This document shows, piece after piece, positions 54,936-64,000 of a stretch of 64,000 nt of DNA. The first letter of the stretch is position 1, and each line of letters begins with the position of its first letter. The notes below the pieces were generated by a model that saw nothing but the letters and a program-made list of their open reading frames with translations, searched no databases and was not told where the DNA came from. The DNA lies in assembly GCA_013239625.1 (NCBI GenBank), contig MU053802.1, forward strand, positions 200,905-264,904, read 5' to 3'. A program made the position numbers and the translations under genes. Source of the stretch: Lama guanicoe. Lineage: Eukaryota.

Positions 54936-56999
54936 GGTCTTCAAGTTTCCGGTCTACCATATTTTCTGAACCACAAGTGCCCTACATCCCTTTTCTTTGA
55001 TAAACTGTCAGTGGGTGGCATTTATTCCCGTGGCTTCAACTTCTCTCTGTCCACTGATTAACTGTCAAATCTTTTCCAGCATGGACATCTCAGTTCAGCC
55101 CCACAAATATACTTGTAATTGACAAATAGACATTCCCACTTGATTAACCCATAAAAATCTCAAGCTCTGTATGTTTGGATTTACACTCGCTCAGAACTAG
55201 GTTTACTTCTTCAAACAATGGTATCACAATCCCATCTGTTTTTCGAGCCATACATCTGGGAGTTTTCCTTTACTTTTCCACTCCCTCACCCCCGTCAGTA
55301 CTACAATTCTCTTCCTTAATATCCCCCAACTAAGTCCCTGCCCCTCGCTCCCCACTGCATTAATTCACACCCCTTGCTAGTCTCCCCAGTGCTGTTCTTT
55401 AGAGTGAACAATCCACTTTGCTCACTTTTAATGACTAATCTGTGTCACTCTCCTCCTTAAAACCCCAAAGAATTCCCCGCGGCGTATGTGAGGAAGTCCA
55501 CGCTCCCTGATTTAACGTTACACCTTCTCATCACCTACTTGCTGCTTTTTTTCAGCCTCAGCTTCTGTTAGTTCCTCACAGCCTCTAGCCTCACTGACCT
55601 TCCTTCCCTAAGTGCAAAGTGCTCTTAGACACGACCAGGCGTCTGCACAAGACACGCAAGATGCTGAGAATCCTGTCCCCAACATGCACTCTCCTGGTCT
55701 ACAGATTTGCTGGAATCCTTCAGATGTCAGTGAAGAAAACATTTGCTGTCTTACACCTTCCCTACCTTCTAGAACCCTGCCCCAGGCAGTGCAAGAGCCC
55801 CTCTGAACATACAGTATACATGATGCCAAGTGACTCTTGCCAAATTGTTTTGAAAACCTATTTAAATTTGTCTCTTCCACGACACACTGTGATCTCCTTG
55901 AGGGATGGGGGGCTGTGTGGTATTTGTGTAGACAGCTAATGTCTGGCACAGACCCCGGGCCATTGGAAACCGTCTGCTTACTCATCAATAATTGTCGTCT
56001 TTGCGATGAAAGAAAGACTACATGATCTCTGATCTTACACCATCCGGCAAGGGTCAAAATAATTTCACATAGAACTACACAGGCAAAATATGTGTATTCT
56101 TTTCCTCTTTGTGAGCCCGAAATCATAGGCATTCTGGAACGTAGGTGCCACTCTTAGCTGTCTGTCCCGTAGGCTGTCACGTCCAGCTTCAACATATTTT
56201 TTAGAGGTTGTAGGGATACGTGTACATCACCCCATCTTACAGCAAACGGTGCTTCAGCCTGACCAAGTTTAATGTCCATATAAAAATCAGAAATCTTCGA
56301 AACTGAAGCCTGAAGAAACATTTCCCTTCTCTCCTTCCAGTCTGTCTGCCATCTTCATCCCACATTCCCACTGCTCTTCTGCGTCAGGCCACCTTCTATT
56401 TAGAAACATTTTCGGTGGGACACTTGGATGAGAACTAATTACAGCAGTCATGAAAATGGTCCCATGAACATAGGCTCTGCACAACAAGGATGTTTGACGG
56501 GAGGCCTCAGCCGCGGCCTGCAGGGTCTGTTCACGTTTTCTGCCTGGCTTCCCTGCAGACGTTCGGCAGAAAATCAAGCCTGCAGTTAAAGTCATAGAAG
56601 GCCCAAGAAATCCAGAAAAACAGAGTGAGAGTCATCTCATTGGGAATATTTTTGAAAACCATCCACTAATAGGAAGAAGAGATTTAAGAGGTTCGTTTCA
56701 GAGCAGATGATGTCCAACTGCAGGTGGGTCAGTTTTCTCATTGTTGCTTGCTAGTTGGCTTTCTGCTGCTTCTAACACACCACTGTTTAGAGAAGTGGCC
56801 TGAGTCGGCCCTCAGAGCAGAAAGGTGAGCTGGGCCTGGAGACAGCCAAGCTCCTCTGCTGTGTAGTGACCCGCTGAGAAGGAAGGGATGGCCCAGGGCT
56901 TCCTCTGACTCTCTCCCTCAGTTATAAACTCTATGAAGGGAAAATGGAACAAAAAATCTTAATTCAATATGGAATTGTCAAAGTATAAAAATAATTGTC

Positions 57000-57165
57000 T
57001 TTGGAGGGGATGGAATAGTTCAAGGGGTTGAGTACGTGCTGGGTTCAATTCGCAGTACCTCAATGTAAAAAATAATAAGAAAAGGTCTTTAAAATAAAAG
57101 AAAAATAACAAAGAAGAAAAGAGATCTCAAACAACCCCAGTTTAAAAAGAAAAAAAAAGTCTTTT
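57000..57165 (+). mobile_element. Degenerate tRNA-derived SINE
   Basis: GGAGGGGATGGAATAGTTCAAGGGGTTGAGTACGTGCTGGGTTCAATTCGCAGTACCTC with an A tail. Near-TSD AAAAATAATTGTC / AAAAATAGTAGTC. Confidence 0.7.
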
Positions 57166-60100
57166 AAAAATAGTAGTCAGCTCAGTCTTTTGCTAGATTA
57201 GGAGTTTGGGATTAAGAGATACACACTACTATGAATAAAATGAATAACCAACTCCCAGGTCCTTAATAACTTATTTCAACCTGAATCCTTTCTCTTTTTT
57301 CCCCTAAGCAACCCGTGGAAGCATCTGAAATTCTCATCTTATAAAAGAATTCATTTAAAGGCGGTTTGAAAGTTACTGGTTAAAACAGTTATTTATGGTT
57401 CCATGAATATAAGTCTAGTAAGAAGTACAGACAATAAACTAGTAAGCAAATAAATATATGATGTACTGCCAGGTACTAACAATTGCCACAAAGAAACATA
57501 AAGTATATTAGGAGAGAAAATGATTGAATAGGAAATATGTGTGTGCTAGTTTAAATAATGTGATCCGATAAGTCCTCTCTGAGGGTAAAATGATTTGAAC
57601 AAAGTCCTGAATGAAGCAAAAGAATAAGCCACGTAGGTAACAGACAAGAAAACCTCCCAGGCCGGGAGAAGTGTAAGTACGAGACTTGGAGTTACAAACA
57701 CTGCCGTCCTGATGTGGACCATCTGGGCGGTGAAGATGGGCTGGAGAAGAACGGTGAGACCTGAGGCTGCAGAGACGGGTGAGGGACCGGACCACACAGG
57801 GCCTTGTTAGGGATTCCGGATATCCTTCTGAATACAATGGAAAATCACGAGAGTATTTCACAAAGCGGAACATCTTGATCCGATTCATAATTTAATAAGA
57901 GGGTTGTGGGTAACATATGGGGAATAAGCAATGGAAGCAGGGCAAGGTAAGCTGATGGGAAGCCAGTGGGAAGAATGCTGCTGCCCTGGAGACAGACACC
58001 GAGGTTGGGCAGGGATGATGGCGGGAGACAGGCTGGAAAGGGGACACGATTTGACAGTAATGATCACAGGCCTTAGTGCTCGAGTTGGATAGAGACACAG
58101 AGTGGTTCATGGTGATGGGTATGTGATATTTGGGACTGAGCCACAGTTTTTGTGCAGAGACCTGACAGGAGAATAAAGTGGGGACGTTGACGTTGGGAAG
58201 AAGGGTTGGTGGGTGTTGAATTCCCCCTACAGCTGCATCTCTGTTTCTCTGTAGATGAAGTCAGCAGAGCAGGGATGGGTGTTCCTGCGTCTGCAAAGAA
58301 TTGCGTGTCGTCCTCATCGACAAATTCGAGAGGCCGACCTGCCCATCCAATTGCAACATCTTGAATCTGCTTCTTTCTATCCAGGAGGAGATTTCCAACT
58401 AAGATGCCAATCAAAAATTCCCGTGTCCAGAGTTAGAGCTGTGTGCCTTTGGGTTGATCTCAGAGATGCCTCCAAAGAGGCTTGGTGTGCTCTCTCTCCC
58501 TCTGAGCACACAGTTCCCTTCAGTCTGGTGGGTCTCAGCAGAGAAGATTTCAGAAATAGCCCCTCTCAGGCCCTGGGGACGAACCTCCTGCTTGGCCGAG
58601 CTCTGAAAATGAGCACGAGTTCCAGGCAAAGGGCGTTCTCCAGGCCGCCATCTGGCAGATTACATGGGGACAGTGTACAAAAGAGTGTGAGGGTTGATGG
58701 TATAAATGGATTTTAATTTTTGCTCTGTGTCTGATTCTGTCCTTCCATTTTGTTAAGGAAGTGTTGTTAGGCCAGACATGATTCTCCTTTTTTCTTTCTA
58801 TTTGATCATCCAAGAGGTTTAGATAGGGTATTTGTTTTAGGGTAAGAATCTTAAAAAAAAAAAAACCTTGCATATTGGTCTTGTTAGGTATTTGGGCAAG
58901 TAAATTCTCCCAGCAATATTGAAACCACTTGTTCCTCCAGGGGGTCTCCAAAGGTATACATTTTCCAAATCTGACCCAAGACCAATGAGCCTTTTCTTTT
59001 TTTTAAGCACTTCACCATGGACAATAGATGTCACTAAAGAAGGTGAGAAAAGAGCAGGTCCGAATCATCCAGTGTCCCTCCCAAAAAGCCCAGAGAAGTA
59101 AAGAGGAGATGAACGAGAGAAATGGTTTATTTATACACACGCAGGAGCCAACCAGAAAGGTAACTACCATGTCAAATGGTGAAAGTTAAAGGCTTTGTTA
59201 TCAACCTAACTTAATAGGGCAAAATGAAAGGAGAGAACTGGCTTCCATGACAGATTTTCTTCTGCATCTATTGAATCTCAGGTATCTTCAGCTTAAAGTG
59301 CTATTGTATTAACCGTGGGTTCCATCTGACTTTCCATTCCTCGAACTTTGTTCTTCTTTTTCAAGATTCACTCATGTATTCTGACCCCCTGGATTTTCCA
59401 CGTGAATTTTCAATTGATTGTCAATTCCTGCAAAACACCACCTGGGATTTGGGTAGGCATTCTTTGAATCCTTAGATCTATTCGTGGACTGTTGTCATCT
59501 TAGTAGAATGAAGCCTCCTGCTCCATGAATATGGGATTATTCTCTGTGAATGTAGGTCTTAATTTCTCTCAACAGAATCTCTCCTTTATTGTAGTCTTCA
59601 GTGTCCAAGTCTGGTACTTCTTCCACACTTGTATTGGATGCTGATTCAGAAGAGACACGACCTCCTGGAGAACCTCTGCTACCAAGGAGCAGACATGGAA
59701 CTGAGTCCTGAGAAGGCTTTAAATTCTTTTAAAAATAAGATTAATGTACTTAAATTATTCCATAGATGAGTAATGAATAGGTCACAATAACATAGGATTT
59801 TAATCCTTTTAGAATTAGTAGAGTAATACAGACACATTACAAAAAATTGAAATATTGCCTAAAAGTGAAGAGATTTGTAATTCCCACCCACAGAGGTGAC
59901 TGTCATGAATGATTTGGTGTTTATGTCTCAGTCTGTGTGTCTCTCAGTATGTCTCTCTCCATCTCTGTCTCTCACACACTCACAATCAGATCAATTTCCA
60001 TCTATGCTGATTTCACACATATGTGGTCATGCAGATGGGACCCTGGGTGCAGACTGTGGGTCTGCATACTTCCACCCTGAGGCCTCCCTTGACGTTGGGT

Positions 60101-61233
60101 TGAGACCAGGCACCCACTTTTCCAACTGTACAGCGTCCATTCATCCACATGAACCAGAACGAATGGACCCCCTCCCCTCTCCATCAATATTAGTGTTGCT
60201 TTAATTCCGACTGTTTCAACCAGTGCTGTGATGATCACCCTTGAAAAGGCATCTTTGAATAGGTGTGTAAGGATTTTAGTGGGATGAACTGTAAGGATCA
60301 GAACTTCTGGGGAAGAGATGCATCTGTGGCCCTTTGATGCGTCCTGCACCCTGTTCTCCTGAAGAGGAGCGTCCCTTCACTCTTCCCTCCAGGGGATCTG
60401 CTGGAGCCTCTGTCTGCTTACATTGTCACCAGGGCTGGTTGTCACCTGACTGAAGACCCGCTAGTGTGATGGTGACCGGTGCTGTCTCTGCAGTGTTTCC
60501 TTCTGCCTGTGTTCTCACCTGAGAGGTCAAGCATCTCCAACACACACTGGCCACCTGCATTGCCTCTCATTGGAACTGCCCATGCCTGTTGTGTTTCTGT
60601 TTAGAACACTGGGTTTTGAAAGGATTTTGGACTACAGGGATGGGAAATCTTTCTCCAACCTCGGGTTATGAGGAATGCATTTTCCAGGTTGTGGTTTGAT
60701 TTTCAAGCAGTTTTTCTGGGCTTTTGTTAATTTTTTTGAATTGTTTTGTTTTGTTTTTGCCACAGGAAGGGCGAAACATCTCCCTTGTGTCTTCTGGCTG
60801 TGGTGTCACGGGGGGAACAGCAGTGTCTACCCTGAGATTATGCACAGAGTTACTAAAAGGGCTTCATTTTGTGCATCACATCTTTAATCCTCCTGGATAT
60901 CCCCTTAAAAAAATAATAAATTGCTGTTTCAAGTGAAAACAAAAAAAAATCATCAGCTCCAGCTTAAAACATGTGGGCAGGGACAAAAAAAAAAAGCTTT
61001 TTTAAAGTTTCATTGAAAGGGAACAGCCAGGAGAGGTAAAGACACACAGAGAGAAAGAGGACTTTGGGTTGTCAGGGGCTGGGTGAGGAGGGAGGGGAGT
61101 GCGGTCTTTGGATCCAAGGTTTCACTTTGAAGAAAGAAATAGTGTGAAACTAGATGGTAGTGATGGTCGCACAACATTGTGAATGGCCCTAATGCTCCTG
61201 AATTGCACAATTTAAAAGGGGAAAAGCCTATAT

Positions 61234-62848
61234 TTTATTAATGAAACTCTAAAAAGAAAAATAAAGGATACCATAAATGATGTGAAACAAACAAAGGAAA
61301 CTAAAGAAAACCAAACAAAAACATCTCCAGCGGAAGGGACATCACGTTTGGGAGGGAGAGGGGGAGGACTGATGGTGGGATTTTGAACATTTTGCAGAAG
61401 AAGGTGTGGGTGGGCGCAGAGGGGGCTCTGCCCCAGGTGGTGGTGATGCCTGAACTGGTTCTCCGTTGCCCAGCAGTCCAGCTGCAGATACAGGTTCAGG
61501 AGGAGCTGCAGGAGCGGCAGGAGGGAGCTCGGGGTCTCCTGCTGGATCAAGATCGTCCTTTTTTTGGTCTCTGACATCTTCCCCTGCCCCTGCCTCCTCT
61601 GTAACTATTGGATGTGGAGAGAGTTTTAAGTCTTGTGGAAGAGCTCATGCTGTGAGAGAGGAAAAATTTACCCACCTGCCTCCCTTTCCATGTGCCTCTT
61701 CAAGCACAGAAACCTTCCCAGAGCTTTCCAGACAGCTCCCACCCAGAAAGTGCCCACAGGATGTGTTCTGTGACTGAATTTTTCCAGACAGGTGGTCTGA
61801 GGCCATTCTTTGCTCTCGTTCCAACATTAGCCTCTGGGGACACTTCCCTGTGTGACCCAGCCCTCACCCCTCCCTCACCTGCACACATGCACCAGCCCTG
61901 CCTTTCTGACCTTCGGGCTCTGCTTCAGGGGCTCCTGGTCCTCCACCTGACTTGCAGCGAGGTGGGCACAGTGCTGCAGGTCAGAGCCGAGTGTGCTGAG
62001 CTACCCGTCAGCCCCAGGCAGGTCCCTGGGAAAGCCCTGGGTGAGGTCTGGGTCGGAGACCTACCCCACTGATTTCTGGGCCATGGTGGTGGGGACCCCT
62101 CCATATCCAGACCCACCTGGAGCCTGCGCTGGACTTAAGAGTGGCACACCAGCCCTTCACTTGGGGAGGGGGCGTTGGTGTTCTTATTCATCAGCTTCTG
62201 TTCAATATGTGGTATCTGGCTCTGCAATGACAGTGACCAGCAGCTGACCCGGCCTGGAAGTCTCAGAGCCCTGCCTGGCCAGGAACACTCCTGATTCTGT
62301 CCAATCGACCCTCTGCTGCCAGATCAGACCGGTACCTTGTTCAGCTCAGACACCCGAGAGGGAAAAGACATACCCAGAGTGCATGGGCTCCACCTCGGGC
62401 AGCAGGACCCTTCCCTGGCTCTCCACATCCCAGCCAGCCAGCTTTGACCTGGGCTGTGGATGTGACCGGCCCCCCAGGCCTCTGACATGCACTTGCTTGA
62501 GGCAGAAATCCATCCCCAACATGACTTCCCCACCTCCACCAGCCAGGAAGGGGCCGTGGGGCTACCTGGGTGGGATATGAGTGGTGGCCCGGCCTGAGCG
62601 GGCCTGCCCTGGGCCTCCCTGTGTTACCTTTGGGTCTCTCTGGCCAAAAGGCCAGAGGCGCCTTGGGTGAGACCTGACCCAGTGCCAGCAGCGTTGGTAC
62701 AGCCCCTCGCTGCGGGCTTTCCGGGGACTTCAGCCTCGGGATTTTGGGATGCAGCAGAACATGCCTCTGTCTCCAACCAGGTGAGCTGAGTAGGGACTTC
62801 TCTACAGAGCGGGTGCTTGGTGACTTCGGTTCCAAGTTCTGTTGGGCT
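61234..62848 (-). pseudogene. Truncated RALGDS-derived (RalGDS-like family) multi-exon gene with in-frame stops
   Basis: Exon 62628-62762 reads MFCCIPKSRG*SPRKARSEGLYQRCWHWVRSHPRRLWPFGQRDPK|gtaaca. Exon 62117-62221 reads SQIPHIEQKLMNK...S*VQRRLQ. Segment ~61911-62015 reads GSDLQHCAHLAASQVEDQEP/EAEPE (RalGDS PGSDLERRAHLLLAQLEHSEPIEAEPE). The last exon 61342-61649 is Pro/Ala-rich, and minus-strand AATAAA lies at 61234-61239. Confidence 0.75.
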
Positions 62849-63629
62849 CTGTTGCCAGGGAAGTGAGGTCACTTCCTGGGGTCCACTTATCCAAGCTTCC
62901 TCCTGACACAAAGCTCCCCATGGGCCTTTCTGGGCTGCTGATCTCTCATTTCTCACTCCATGTCATGTCCACACAGAGTGACACAAACTCAGCCCCCCCC
63001 ATAGTCCTTGGGAGGCCTGGATGCAGCCAGCACCACAGCTCTGAAGACACAGCTGTGTTCAGACCTGGCTGCCCTCACTCAGCAGTGCCATCATCATGAA
63101 CAAGCCTCGTGCCTCTCAGGTTCTCCCCAATCCCCAATCGGCACAGTGGGGATCATTCTGGCCCCTGTTTCCTAGAGAAGCCATCCTGTCTCTAGACCTA
63201 GAAACATCTACTGCATCTGTCACCCCCATGGGCTGGCATCACAGGGAGCTCGTGCACAGACTCAGCAAAGGAAGGACCCCACAGAGGGCTGGCCAGGGTC
63301 TGCCATGAGTTCTGAAGAAAGTCACTTTCCTTGCTGCTTGCTTCCCAGCTCCCTGTCCTGAGACTGAAATTAAATACAACTTTGACATCGTCCGCTCTTG
63401 CATACAGCCTCCAAGGTCATTCTGTCATGTTGATGTACAGGCCCAATGTCCCATCTCGGACTCTGTGGTGGGCTGCCCCACAATGTCTTCCTATGCTTTG
63501 CCTTCTGTTCCCATGCCCTTGTGGGATCCCCACATCCTCCCCTGGAGGGTGGATGGACTTTGAGACCAGGTTATGACATGCAGGCTGACTTGTGAAAATG
63601 TGAGTTCCACTCCTTCCCAGCTCCAGTGT

Positions 63630-63786
63630 TCCTTGTCTCTGTCTCTAAGTGCATCTCTCTCTGACTTGTCTCTCTCTCTGTTTCTCTGTCTCCCCCTGCT
63701 TCTCTGTGTTTCAGTCTGTCTGTCTCTTTTCCTGTATGTATGTGTGTATATATTTATGTGTATATGTGTGTATTTATGTGTGTGTA
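63630..63786 (+). repeat. Degenerate (TC)n then (TG/TA)n microsatellite
   Basis: Direct inspection. Confidence 0.8.
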
Positions 63787-64000
63787 TTTTTTGGGCCCAG
63801 GGCAGGTCACTTCTGAAAATCCCTTGATGACATATTGATTATTTTGTATTCATGTTATGAAGGAAAAGCCCAGCTGGGCTAACGAGCTAAGTCACAAATC
63901 TAAGTGTGATAAGTGTCGGTTTACTGATATAAGTTCTGCTGGGCTAACTTGTAAATCTGAAGTTTAGTGTCAGTTTACTGGGCTAACAAGCTAACTCATA

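Noticed and set aside
61212..61577. 121-aa ORF MSETKKRTILIQQ...HHHH
   Set aside because: It is an alternative frame of the RalGDS-like last exon. Homology and splice phase favour the Pro/Ala-rich frame.

Overview
Mammalian genomic DNA from a draft assembly, with two N-gaps. It is probably camelid, judging by tRNA-derived SINEs resembling vic-1 and Laurasiatherian-type L1s. I found no intact protein-coding gene. The window is a mosaic of decayed, intron-containing gene fragments from normally unlinked loci. (1) A TLL1 (tolloid-like 1) unprocessed pseudogene on the minus strand at ~7.2-24.4 kb has exons 2, 3, 7 and 8, lacks exons 4-6, and carries stops and frameshifts. (2) An internal CEP162 fragment on the plus strand at ~31.0-48.5 kb has eight exons, all damaged. 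(3) A truncated RALGDS-derived 'MFCC...' gene lies on the minus strand at ~61.2-63.2 kb. There are also unidentified exon-like segments at ~26.6-30.2 kb and ~56.6-58.4 kb. Interspersed elements include a 5'-intact L1, an older L1 with TSD, an RPLP1 retrocopy, a U6/L1 chimera, SINEs (one with an apparent 3' transduction), two ERV1-type solo LTRs and an old ~1.2 kb local duplication. Gene identifications and exon numbering come from manual translation and my recall of the human proteins, not from database searches.
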